DNA of 64,000 nt from an uncultured delta proteobacterium (GTDB lineage Bacteria > Myxococcota_A > UBA9160 > SMWR01): NCBI GenBank assembly GCA_963832165.1, contig CAWHTE010000003.1, forward strand, positions 576,001-640,000. Reading direction: 5' to 3'. The first letter of the stretch is position 1; every line of letters starts with the position of its first letter. Shown here piece after piece: positions 1 to 9,273 of the stretch. The translations under genes and the position numbers were made by a program. The notes under the pieces were generated by a model. That model was not told the DNA's origin. It made no database searches and was given only the letters and a program-made list of their open reading frames with translations.

Positions 1-76
1 CCGGGCTGGTTGCGCTGAGCCTTCCCGCATCGGTTCGATCCCAGCGCGGTACGCGCGTGGGGTAGACTGGCGCGCC

Positions 77-610
77 GTGAACCCCGATCCCCCGGCTGCG
101 CGCGACCCGTGGATCCGATTCACGCTGACCTTCGCCGCACTGGCCGTGTTGTCGGAGCTCGTCTACTACGGCGTCGCGCTCGAGAGTGCGCTGTTCCGCG
201 ACTACCTCGAGGCGCTCGCGCGCATCAGCGGCTGGATCGTCTCGCTGCTCGCGGACGGAGTGCAGGTGAATGGTACGTCGATCACGAGCCGCGTGTTTGC
301 GGTGGAGATCGCGCGCGGTTGCGACGCCTATCGGCTCTGCGCGCTGCTCACCTCGGCGATCATTGCGTTTCCGGCGCCGGTCGGGAGCAAGATCTGGGGC
401 ATCGCGCTGGGCCTCTTGTGGCTGAATCTCTTGAACTTCGTGCGGATCGTCGGGCTGTTCTTCATCGGGGGCTACGCACAGCCCCATTTTCAGCGGTCGC
501 ACGAGATCTATTTTCCGATCTTCCTGATCGTCATGACCGTGAGCGCCTGGATCCTCTGGGTGCGGCGCACGACCCATGAGCGCTTCGGCGACTACGCGAC
601 CCCCGCCTAA
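77..610 (+). CDS. Exosortase/archaeosortase family protein (exosortase H-like)
   Basis: Multi-TM protein with Cys (EIARGCDA), Arg (LNFVRI) and His (RSHEIY) in the spacing of the exosortase triad. Confidence 0.8.
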   Translation: MNPDPPAARDPWIRFTLTFAALAVLSELVYYGVALESALFRDYLEALARISGWIVSLLADGVQVNGTSITSRVFAVEIARGCDAYRLCALLTSAIIAFPAPVGSKIWGIALGLLWLNLLNFVRIVGLFFIGGYAQPHFQRSHEIYFPIFLIVMTVSAWILWVRRTTHERFGDYATPA

Positions 611-1187
611 GCCGCTTCATTGGTTCATCGCGCAGTCGATCGCGCTGATCCTGCTGCTTGGATTCTGGTCGACGCCGCGCGCGGCCTATCCCGCGCTGTT
701 CCACACGCACGCCAACGCTTTGTTCGGATCGCTCGAGGCGCCGCACGTGCGCTTCGGCCCGGGTGGGGACACCGACACCGCGATCATCGTGGCCGCTCGC
801 ACGGACGCCGCGCAACGGGTGGAGTCGTCCTTCAGCGTCGGTCAGATCGGCTACTGGCCGAGCGCGGTGCTCGTCGCGATGCTGCTCGCGACGCCGCTTC
901 CCGCGCTGCGGCGCGCCGCCGCAGCGGTGATCGGCGCGGCGCTCGTCGATCTGTTCACTCTCGCGAGGGTCGGCGTCGAGATCGCGTACCTCGACCATCT
1001 GCTCGCGCACGGTGCGAACACGGGGCACGGCGCCACGGCGGTGCTCCTGCGCGTCGGATCGGAAGCGCTCACGGCGACGATCCCGAGCGCCGCCTTCGTG
1101 CTCGTGTGCTGGGTCGCACTCGCGAGCCCGTGGCGCACGATCGATCTCCGGCCGATGCGCGCGTGGTTGGGGGCTCGTTCGCGTTGA
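576..1187 (+). CDS. Membrane protein, probably exosortase-associated
   Basis: Several hydrophobic helices; overlaps the end of the exosortase gene. Confidence 0.55.
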   Translation: MSASATTRPPPKPLHWFIAQSIALILLLGFWSTPRAAYPALFHTHANALFGSLEAPHVRFGPGGDTDTAIIVAARTDAAQRVESSFSVGQIGYWPSAVLVAMLLATPLPALRRAAAAVIGAALVDLFTLARVGVEIAYLDHLLAHGANTGHGATAVLLRVGSEALTATIPSAAFVLVCWVALASPWRTIDLRPMRAWLGARSR

Positions 1188-1229
1188 GACGGTGCGCTCG
1201 GTCGGATTGCTATCGTGTTCGGCGACGCC

Positions 1230-1859
1230 ATGGACGGCATCCACGATCTCGGCGGCATGAGCGGCTTCGGCGCCGTGGAGGTCGAGCCCGATGAGCCGGT
1301 GTTCCACGAGTCGTGGGAGCGGACGGCATTCGCTCTGAACGGGCTGGGTCTCACGGTGGTGAAGGCCTTCAACGTCGACGAGTACCGCCACTCGGTCGAG
1401 CGCATGGACCCGGCACACTACCTGGCGGCCACCTACTACGAGCGGATGCTCACGGGCGTTGCGACCCTGCTCGTGGAGAAGGGTTTCGTCACGCGCGATG
1501 AGCTGGAGGCGCGCGCAGGGGGAGGATTCCCGCTGTCGCGGCCGGTCGCCGACCAGCCGGTCGCCCCGCTGCGTCCCCAACCCGAGGCGCGCTTCGGAAT
1601 CGGCGATCGGGTCGTGGTCCGGGACATGCACCCGGCCGGACACACGCGCGTGCCGCGCTACGTCCGCGGCAAGCGAGGGGTGGTCGTGCACGTCGCTCCG
1701 AAGTTCTCGTTCCCGGATGCGGCGGCGCATGGGCTCGCGCGTCGCGCGGAGCACACGTACCACGTCGAGTTCGATGCGCGTGAGCTGTGGGGCGATTCCG
1801 CGGGCAGCCGTGAAACGGTGGTCATCGACCTGTGGGACGGTTACCTGGAGCCGGCATGA
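1230..1859 (+). CDS. nthB: Nitrile hydratase beta subunit
   Basis: N-terminal MDGIHDLGGM, YYERM, HTRVPRYVRGKRG, C-terminal DLWDGYLEPA. Confidence 0.95.
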   Translation: MDGIHDLGGMSGFGAVEVEPDEPVFHESWERTAFALNGLGLTVVKAFNVDEYRHSVERMDPAHYLAATYYERMLTGVATLLVEKGFVTRDELEARAGGGFPLSRPVADQPVAPLRPQPEARFGIGDRVVVRDMHPAGHTRVPRYVRGKRGVVVHVAPKFSFPDAAAHGLARRAEHTYHVEFDARELWGDSAGSRETVVIDLWDGYLEPA

Positions 1860-2461
1860 GCGGTTCCCGCCGTCGCGAGCCGTCGACAGCCCCCGCGGAC
1901 CGGGCGCGAGCGCTCGCGGAAGCGCTGGCGGAGAAGGGGCTCGTGCCGGACGGCTTCCTCGACGCGGTGCCCGCGCGGGCCGCCGAGCTGTTCAGTTCGC
2001 GAAACGGTGCGCGCGTGGTGGCGCGCGCGTGGGTAGACGCGGACTATCGCAAGCGTCTGCTCGAGGACGGCACCCGTGCATGCGCGGAGCTCGGTTATGC
2101 GGGCCCGCAGGGGGAGTACATCGTCGCGCTCGCGAACACTCCCGAGCTGCACAACGTGATCGTGTGCACGCAGTGTTCGTGCACCGCCTGGCCCGTACTC
2201 GGGCTGCCGCCCGATTGGTACAAGAGCCCCGAGTACCGCGCGCGCGCCGTGAAGGAGCCGCGGCGGCTGCTGCGCGAGATGGGTCTCGACCTACCCGAAT
2301 CCGTGTCGATTCGCGTCTGGGATACGAGCGCGGAGACCCGCTACATGGTGCTGCCGCTGCGGCCGAGCGGTACCGAAGGCTGGCCCGAAGATCGGCTTGC
2401 GGAGCTCGTCTCGCGCGAGGCGATGATCGGCGTGGCCGTGGTGGCGGATCCGACCCGCTAG
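1856..2461 (+). CDS. nthA: Nitrile hydratase alpha subunit
   Basis: NGARVVARAWVD; metal site VCTQCSCTAWPVLGLPPDWYKS; VWDTSAETRYMVLPLRP; ATGA overlap with nthB. Confidence 0.95.
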   Translation: MSGSRRREPSTAPADRARALAEALAEKGLVPDGFLDAVPARAAELFSSRNGARVVARAWVDADYRKRLLEDGTRACAELGYAGPQGEYIVALANTPELHNVIVCTQCSCTAWPVLGLPPDWYKSPEYRARAVKEPRRLLREMGLDLPESVSIRVWDTSAETRYMVLPLRPSGTEGWPEDRLAELVSREAMIGVAVVADPTR

Positions 2462-3264
2462 AACGCGGCCGACTCTTCCTCGGCTTCCTCGTGGCGGCTC
2501 AGCACGCGCGTCGTGCGTCGGCCCGCGCTGCGCTCGTCTCCCGAAGGAGTGAGCGTGAGCACCGGTGCGACCTTGCGCGCAGGATGCGAGGGCCCGGCCG
2601 CGATCTCGAGCAGACGCTCGCGGCGACCGCGCCAGCTCGTGAGCCAGCGCACCAGGGAGCGGGCGCCGGGTGCCACCGAGAGCGCGGCGGCGCGGACGCG
2701 GCGCAGCTGGCGATCCTGGCAGCGTTCGGCGAGCCCCTCGAGCAGGAGCGACGCCTCGACCTGCTGGTCGGCGCGGCCCAGGTGGAGCGCGAGCTCGAGC
2801 ACGGTCTCGAAGTGCCAGGGGTCGATCGCGCGCGCGCGCCGGAGCAGGTGGATCGCCTGCGGTCGCAGCCAATGCGAACGGAACTGACGGCTTCCTTCGA
2901 GCAGCACTTCGATCGCCGCATCGGGCTCCGATTGGCGCACCAGCAGGCGCGCGAGCCCCTGCCAGGCCTGAATCTCCTGCGGCAGTGCGTGGGCGGCCTC
3001 GCGGAACACCGCAATGGCGCGGTCCTCGCGGCCCTCGCGCAGTGCGGCGTGAGCGATCGCGCGGTAGCTGTTCCACGCGTCGAAATCCTGCCGCGTCGCC
3101 GCGAGCAGCGGCGCGATTCGCTCGTGGATCTCGACGCTGTTGGGCTCGACCGCGAGCAGCTGGCGGTACAGCGCGATGGCGCGCGGCCATTGGCGCCGAG
3201 AACGCGCGCGGGACGCCTGCTCGAGGATCAATTCACGATCGAACCGCGTCCCGGCGAGGCCCAT
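2458..3264 (-). CDS. Tetratricopeptide-repeat protein
   Basis: Repeated TPR-like helix pairs (AIALYRQLLAVEPNS, AWQGLARLL, ARAIDPWH). Confidence 0.7.
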   Translation of the reverse strand: MGLAGTRFDRELILEQASRARSRRQWPRAIALYRQLLAVEPNSVEIHERIAPLLAATRQDFDAWNSYRAIAHAALREGREDRAIAVFREAAHALPQEIQAWQGLARLLVRQSEPDAAIEVLLEGSRQFRSHWLRPQAIHLLRRARAIDPWHFETVLELALHLGRADQQVEASLLLEGLAERCQDRQLRRVRAAALSVAPGARSLVRWLTSWRGRRERLLEIAAGPSHPARKVAPVLTLTPSGDERSAGRRTTRVLSRHEEAEEESAAF

Positions 3265-3352
3265 TCCGACTCCCTGATGCGGCTCAGGAGACTGATCGAC
3301 CGCAGAGCCGACCGCGGACCGTGATCGCGATCACGCGGCGCGCCGAGGGGCG

Positions 3353-6300
3353 CTAGCGCTTCCGCCAGAAGCTGTCGAAGTTTCCGCAGTCGAGCCGCGT
3401 GAACGCATCGCGGGTGATCTTGGTGCCTGGCGGAACCGGTACGGATTTCTCGCCCTCGAAGCGCTGATCGACGACGCCGTCGCCGTCCGTGTCCTCGTCC
3501 TGGTAGCGCAGCGTGCCGCCGTCGTAGGTCTGTACCACGTCGGGCCGATGATCGCGGTTGGTGTCCGCCTCGACGCGCACGAGCTTGCCGTCGGAGAGGA
3601 TCTGGCGGGTATCCGCGTACTGGCTGCCGGTCGTGTCGAGCAGCACCTCGCTCACGATGCCGGCTTTCACGATCGCGCGCGTCGACAGCCGTTTCTTGTC
3701 GTCGCTGAGCAGACACTGCGCCACGACCGCTCCGTCGGCGGCGAGGAACAGCTTCTTGTCCGGGTTGTGACCGTTCTCCCCGGACGCCACTTCCTGGATC
3801 CGGACGCTTCCGTCTCCATTCAGGTGATTGAGCACGTCCGGGTGGCCCTCGCCCTTGGAGTCGAGACCCTGCCGCACCATCTGTTCGTTCTCGAAGTAGC
3901 TCCAGACGTCCATGCGGCAGTCGTCACCGGTGTCGCGGTTTTCGGTGCGGACCTTCTCGCTCGCGTCGAACCACTGCGCAAGATCTGCACAGCCGCGGCC
4001 CTTCGTGTCCTGCTCGACCCGCGCGAGCTTTCCCGCCTCGAACCATGCCGTGAGATCGGGCTTGCCGTCACCGGTGCGGTCCTCCCGCTTCTCGATCACC
4101 ACGCCCTTGGCGTCGGTCGTGATCCAGGTGTCGATGGCGCCGTTGCCATCGCTGTCCGCTTCCTGCACCTGGGTGCCCTTGTCGCCGGCCGTGCTCTTGC
4201 GGTCCATGCGACCGTCGAAGTCGGAGTCCTCTTCCTGCCGATCCAGCGCGCCGTTGCGATAGGACGCGATCACGTCGGCGCGCCCGTCGCTGTTGCGGTC
4301 TTTCTCGGTGCGCGCGAGGACACCGTCTTCGTAGAGGTTCAGCGTATCGAGCGTGCCGTCCTGATCGGTGTCCTGTTGGACCCGCGTCGGGCGCTCCTTC
4401 GCATCGAAGGTCGTGATCACGTCGTCTTTGCCGTCGAAGTTCCGGTCCTCGCGCTGCTCGGATTTGGCGCCCGCCGTGTAGGTGACGAACACGTCGGGCT
4501 TCCCGTCGCCATTCTGGTCCGCGTGTGTGCGCGCGCGCGTTCCGCCCGAGTACTCGGTGGTGAGCTCTAGGCGACCGTCGAGGTCCTGATCCGAGTTCTC
4601 GCGCACGAGCACGTCGTTCTCGTAGATCTTCACGAGGTCGGGCTTGCCGTCGGCGTTCGTGTCGAGCTCCTCGCGCAGCGGCTTCTGGTGCGCGTCGAAG
4701 TAGACGAAGACGTCCGGTTTGCCGTCCCCGTTCGTGTCGCGCTCCTGGCGCTCCTGGACACCGGCCGTGAAGGCGACCGTCGAGTCGTACTTGCCATCGG
4801 CGTTGGTGTCGCGCTGCTGCGTGACGGGAACGCCGCCCTCGAACTCGGTGACGACGTCGACGCGGCCGTCGCGATTGGAGTCCTGCTCTTCGCGAGTCTT
4901 CTCGCCCGCCTCGTAGCTCGTCGCGAGGTCGAAGGTTCCATCGCCGTCGGTGTCGGCCTCGTCGCTCTCGACGCGTCCGGCTGAATCCAGTCGGCCGCGC
5001 AGGTCGACCTTCCGATCGCGGTTGGTGTCCTCCTCGAAGCGCTCGGCGCGGCCGTCCTTGAAGAACACGGTGCGCTCGGCCACGCCGTCGTTGTCGGCGT
5101 CCTCTTCGGTCTTCTCGGGCTTGCCGTCGGCATCGCTCGTGCGCCAGAAGTCCGGCTTGCCGTCGCCCGAGGCATCACGCCGAATCGAGCGTTCGTTCCC
5201 CGACTTGGGATCGAGCTCGATCCAGGTGTCGATCGCGCCGTCGGCGTTCTCGTCCTGTTCCTGGCGCGCGAGGCGATCGCCGGCCTCGTAGAAGTTCCAG
5301 AGATCCGTGCGCCCGTCGCCGTTCTCGTCCAGCTCGACGCGCGCGAGCTTTCCGCCCGCGAAGTACTCGAATCGCCCGGGCTTGGACGAGCCCTTGGTGG
5401 CGATCGTGCGGCGTGCGAGCTCTCCCTTCTCGTGCTCGGCGCGGATCTCGAACTGGCCGTCGTGATCCTCGTCGAACTCTTCGAGCGCGACCTTCTCGTC
5501 CGCATCGAAGGTGTAACGGGCGTCGACCTTGCCATCGCCGTCGCGATCTTCCTGCTGGGTCGCCTTGCGGCCGTCGCGGAACGCGAGCGTGGTCTCCTTG
5601 CGCCCGTCGCGATCGGTGTCCGCTTCGCGTTTCAGCAGCGTGTCGCCGTCGAACGTCGTGATCACCTCGGGCACGTCGTCGCCGCTCTGATCCTCCTCCT
5701 CGCGCACGCGCTTGCCGCGCTCGTAGAAGCGGTGCAGCTCCGCGTGCCGGTCCTGGTTGGCATCGATCGCTTCGCTGGCCTTGCGGCCGTCGTCGTCGAG
5801 CAGCACGGCGAGCTCGATCACACCGTTGGCATCGGCGTCGATCTCCTGGCGCCGCTCCACGCCGTTCTCGAACAGCGCGACGCTGTCGAACTTGCCGTCG
5901 TGCGTCGTGTCGGCCTCGCGGCGCACGATCGTCTCGCCGTCGGCCGCGAAGCGCGTGATCACATCGGGCTTGCCGTTGTTGTCGGTGTCCTCCTCGACCC
6001 GCGCGCGGCGGTCGTTCTCGAAGAAGATCGCGACGTCGAACTTGCCGTCGTGATTCCGGTCCTGCTCTTCCGACGTCTTGCCGCCTTCGGGTCGGAAGTG
6101 TGCACGCGTGTCGACGCGCTGGTCGCGATTTGCGTCGATCTCCACGCTCGCGACCTTGCCAGCGGTGTAGCTGGTCCAGCGATCGAGCTCGCCGTCGAAG
6201 TCCGTGTCCTCTTCGAGCTTCGCGGGCTGGTCGCCCTCGTAGCTCAACGTGACGTCGGCCTTTCCGTCCGCATTCTTGTCGTCGAGCTGGACGCTCGGCT

Positions 6301-6727
6301 TCCCCTTGCGGCTCGTGATCCAGCGGTCCTTCTTCCCGTCGCCGTTGGTGTCCTGCTCCTGGCGCGCAGGGGTCTTTCCGTCGGACTCGAAGTAGATCCA
6401 CGCGTCCGCGCGCCCGTCGTGATCGGTGTCGCGCTCGGCGCGCTCTGCAACTCCCTCGGCAAAGAAGACGATCTCGTCGTAGCGGCAGTCCGCGTTGGTG
6501 TCCTTGCGGCTCTCGGAGATCTGCTCGTTCGCGTCGTAGATCAGCTCGACGGGCGAGCAGCGGCGCTGCGCCTCGGCCGCATCGGGCCCGAGCAGCGCGA
6601 GCGCGCAACCCGCAGCGGCGAGCCAGGTTGCCCTAGCCGCCGACGGGGTTGCTGAACGTCCCTTTGATCCGCTGGCCGGCAAGGCAGCGCACCTCTTCGG
6701 GCATCGGCGGGAACGGCGCGGCCGCAC
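3353..6727 (-). CDS. Giant secreted Dx[DN]xDG (Ca-binding-like) beta-hairpin repeat protein; start uncertain
   Basis: Roughly 40+ ~23-aa repeats like E-x-D-T-N-x-D-G-K-x-D-x-x-x-x-[FY]; signal-peptide-like WLAAAGCALALLGPDAAEA near 6625; nearest in-frame GTG is at 6727, overlapping the tonB end. Confidence 0.8.
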   Translation of the reverse strand: MRPRRSRRCPKRCAALPASGSKGRSATPSAARATWLAAAGCALALLGPDAAEAQRRCSPVELIYDANEQISESRKDTNADCRYDEIVFFAEGVAERAERDTDHDGRADAWIYFESDGKTPARQEQDTNGDGKKDRWITSRKGKPSVQLDDKNADGKADVTLSYEGDQPAKLEEDTDFDGELDRWTSYTAGKVASVEIDANRDQRVDTRAHFRPEGGKTSEEQDRNHDGKFDVAIFFENDRRARVEEDTDNNGKPDVITRFAADGETIVRREADTTHDGKFDSVALFENGVERRQEIDADANGVIELAVLLDDDGRKASEAIDANQDRHAELHRFYERGKRVREEEDQSGDDVPEVITTFDGDTLLKREADTDRDGRKETTLAFRDGRKATQQEDRDGDGKVDARYTFDADEKVALEEFDEDHDGQFEIRAEHEKGELARRTIATKGSSKPGRFEYFAGGKLARVELDENGDGRTDLWNFYEAGDRLARQEQDENADGAIDTWIELDPKSGNERSIRRDASGDGKPDFWRTSDADGKPEKTEEDADNDGVAERTVFFKDGRAERFEEDTNRDRKVDLRGRLDSAGRVESDEADTDGDGTFDLATSYEAGEKTREEQDSNRDGRVDVVTEFEGGVPVTQQRDTNADGKYDSTVAFTAGVQERQERDTNGDGKPDVFVYFDAHQKPLREELDTNADGKPDLVKIYENDVLVRENSDQDLDGRLELTTEYSGGTRARTHADQNGDGKPDVFVTYTAGAKSEQREDRNFDGKDDVITTFDAKERPTRVQQDTDQDGTLDTLNLYEDGVLARTEKDRNSDGRADVIASYRNGALDRQEEDSDFDGRMDRKSTAGDKGTQVQEADSDGNGAIDTWITTDAKGVVIEKREDRTGDGKPDLTAWFEAGKLARVEQDTKGRGCADLAQWFDASEKVRTENRDTGDDCRMDVWSYFENEQMVRQGLDSKGEGHPDVLNHLNGDGSVRIQEVASGENGHNPDKKLFLAADGAVVAQCLLSDDKKRLSTRAIVKAGIVSEVLLDTTGSQYADTRQILSDGKLVRVEADTNRDHRPDVVQTYDGGTLRYQDEDTDGDGVVDQRFEGEKSVPVPPGTKITRDAFTRLDCGNFDSFWRKR

Positions 6728-7778
6728 GCAGCGCGTCGACTGCGCTCGCGCCGAGCGCGTTGTCTTCGGCCGACACGATCGAGACGCTCGACGCGGAGCC
6801 GGCGACGTCGAGATGGAAGCGCAGCGTGACCTTGCGGCCGGCGTCGACGCCGGGCGGCAGCACCCAGCGCTCGTAGGTGCGCTTGCGAACTTCATCGAGA
6901 TACGACTGCACCGCGGGAAGCCCCAGGCAGGCCGGGTTCGCCGCAGAGCTGCCCGCCGCGCCGGGCGTATTTCCCGCGAGCAGCCCTTCGCCGATCGCCG
7001 TGTCGACGGAGACGACGAGCGCGCCGTCCGGTGAACCGATCACATCGCGATCCGCGAGCACGCCTTCGCGAACCGAGCTGCCGTTGCCGCTGCCGATCTG
7101 GATCGGCCCCGTGCCCATCGTGGTCCCTGCGGCCGCCGCCTCGACGCGCCGGGGCCCGACCGAGGGACCGGCCAGACCCTCGACTCGGGTCGGGCCGCGC
7201 ACGACGGGGCCCGAAGCCCGGCCGAGGTCGACCGCGGCCACCTGCGCGCGCACAGCCGAGTTCATCACGGACACGCGCTCGACCACGACGGAGCGCGCCT
7301 GGATCTCCGTGGGCGCGGCCGCGGTGCTCAGCGCATCCATCTGAAGCGCGTCCGCGGCGACCACGGGCTTGGCTTCCGCGATGATGCGCGGGTTCACGAT
7401 CTGCGGCGCGACCGCCTGGACGGCGGGCGCGAACGGTAGGTTGCGCCGCTGCGCGAGCGCCTTGGGTGCGTCCGCAGGCTCTTCCGGGGGCGGAGGAGGC
7501 GGCGGCAGCTCTTCCTTGAGCAGCTGGACCGGGATCACGTGCTCTTCGATCACGGGCGCGAGGCTCGCGAGGATCAGGAGACCCGTGAAGGCCACCGCGT
7601 GCAGCAGCGCCGATCCGGTCAGGAAGGTGCGCGTGCGCGCGTTGTCCTCGGGCTCGGCGTAACCCGGATAGGCGAAGGCGCCGGCGAGCACCGGCCCGAC
7701 AGCGATGCTGTCGAGCGGTTGATGTCGGCGTCGAGGGCGGGTTCGGCGCCCGCTGATCAGGGGGAGGTGCGGGTTCAT
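6633..7778 (-). CDS. TonB/TolA family energy transducer (TonB C-terminal domain)
   Basis: TM helix with S-x3-H (GSALLH), poly-Pro linker, C-terminal VTLRFHLDVAG...SAVDALRAAAPFPPMP. Confidence 0.8.
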   Translation of the reverse strand: MNPHLPLISGRRTRPRRRHQPLDSIAVGPVLAGAFAYPGYAEPEDNARTRTFLTGSALLHAVAFTGLLILASLAPVIEEHVIPVQLLKEELPPPPPPPEEPADAPKALAQRRNLPFAPAVQAVAPQIVNPRIIAEAKPVVAADALQMDALSTAAAPTEIQARSVVVERVSVMNSAVRAQVAAVDLGRASGPVVRGPTRVEGLAGPSVGPRRVEAAAAGTTMGTGPIQIGSGNGSSVREGVLADRDVIGSPDGALVVSVDTAIGEGLLAGNTPGAAGSSAANPACLGLPAVQSYLDEVRKRTYERWVLPPGVDAGRKVTLRFHLDVAGSASSVSIVSAEDNALGASAVDALRAAAPFPPMPEEVRCLAGQRIKGTFSNPVGG

Positions 7779-8147
7779 CGTCTGGGGAGTCACTCGCGCG
7801 TCAGGAGCCGAGATCACGTTTCGCTCGCCCGAGAGGCGAGCTTGAACCTCGGCTTGAGCTCATCGGTCAGTGGATCGCTGCGTGACCTCTGTAGGTGCCA
7901 TCCTTGGGCGCAGAGGTCACGCGAAGAATTCGCCCGCGGCTCAGGTGGACCGCGCGGCGCGACGAAGAACCCGGTCGAGCCCGTGCCGAATTCCAATCTA
8001 CGAAAGGGGCCTCGGGGTGTCAAACCGGCAACGAGGCGATAGTCTCGCGGCAAACATCCCAGTAACTCACTGACAAGAATAGGGAAATCCGTCGTGGCGC
8101 CAAAGCCGCCGGTACTTCCCCTTCTCGCGCCTAGGAGAAACGTCGCC

Positions 8148-8837
8148 TTGCACTTCGAAGACATCCTCGGAATGTTCCAACAGGGGTGGCTGACCACCTA
8201 TCCGCTCCTCGCGGGGTCGGTGATCGCGCTCGGAGTCTTCTTCGAGCGCCTCTGGCGTTTCCGCGGCCTCCACGACGCGACGCGTGCACTCACGAAGTCG
8301 ACGATCGACGCGCTCGTGAAGCGCGATGTCGACCGAGCTCGCAAGCTGTGTGAGGACTCGAACCAGCCGATCGCGGCCGTCTTCCTCGAGGCGATGCGCT
8401 GGCGCAACGTGCCGCTCGAAGATCTCGAGCGCGTGCTCACCACCTCGCGACACGAGGCCGCCTACGACCTCAAGCGCGGCTTGTGGCTGATCGGCACGAT
8501 CGGCTCGCTCGCACCCTACGTGGGCCTGTTCGGAACCGTGGTCGGCATCATCCGCGCGTTCGCCGACATGGCAGAGCACGGCGCAGGCGGCTTCGAGGTG
8601 GTCGCTGCGGGCATCTCCGAGGCGCTGATCGCGACGGCGATGGGCCTCGCGGTCGCGATCGTGGCGCTGCTGTTCTTCAACTACCTGCAGACGCGGGTCG
8701 GCCTGATCGCAGGCACGTACGCGCGCTCGTGCGAGCGGTTCGTGCAGGCGCTCCTGTACCTCGAGTCTTCGGCGTCGCGCGAGAGCGGCGGCGCGTCGGG
8801 CGTGGAGATGGCTCATGGCTTCGTTCCGGCCCGATGA
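8148..8837 (+). CDS. exbB: MotA/TolQ/ExbB proton channel protein
   Basis: TIGSLAPYVGLFGTVVGIIRAF...GISEALIATAMGLAVAI; TTG start after AGGAG. Confidence 0.9.
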   Translation: MHFEDILGMFQQGWLTTYPLLAGSVIALGVFFERLWRFRGLHDATRALTKSTIDALVKRDVDRARKLCEDSNQPIAAVFLEAMRWRNVPLEDLERVLTTSRHEAAYDLKRGLWLIGTIGSLAPYVGLFGTVVGIIRAFADMAEHGAGGFEVVAAGISEALIATAMGLAVAIVALLFFNYLQTRVGLIAGTYARSCERFVQALLYLESSASRESGGASGVEMAHGFVPAR

Positions 8838-9249
8838 CGACGAGAATCCGGACGACGGAGTCGTCGCGGAGATCAACATCACGCCGCTCACCGACGTGTT
8901 CCTGGTGCTGCTGGTGATCTTCATGGTCACGACCTCGGTCGTGGCCAACCAGGGCAAGAACATCGACCTGCCGGGCGCGGCGGTCAGCGACAACACGCCT
9001 CAGGGCGTGACGGTCGAGGTGTCGCCCGACGGCCAGATCGCGGTGAACGACGTGGCGGTGACCGACGCCGATCTCTATCGCGTGCTGTCGGCCGCGCTCG
9101 AGACGTCGCGCGAGAAGGTGGTGATCCTGCGCGGCGACAAGACCGTGTTGCTCGGCCAGGCGGTGAACATCCTCGATGTCGCGCAGCAGGCGGGAGCCCA
9201 GGGAATCGCACTCGCGACCAAGCCCCCGCCCGCCCCGCCCGCCAGCTAG
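8815..9249 (+). CDS. exbD: ExbD/TolR family protein
   Basis: EINITPLTDVFLVLLVIFMVT; VILRGDK. Confidence 0.92.
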   Translation: MASFRPDDDENPDDGVVAEINITPLTDVFLVLLVIFMVTTSVVANQGKNIDLPGAAVSDNTPQGVTVEVSPDGQIAVNDVAVTDADLYRVLSAALETSREKVVILRGDKTVLLGQAVNILDVAQQAGAQGIALATKPPPAPPAS

Positions 9250-9273
9250 CGACGGCGATCAGGCCCGGCCTGG

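Noticed and set aside
3353..6630. CRISPR array or DNA-level tandem repeat
   Set aside because: The periodicity is at protein level with degenerate codons; no identical repeats with spacers and no cas genes
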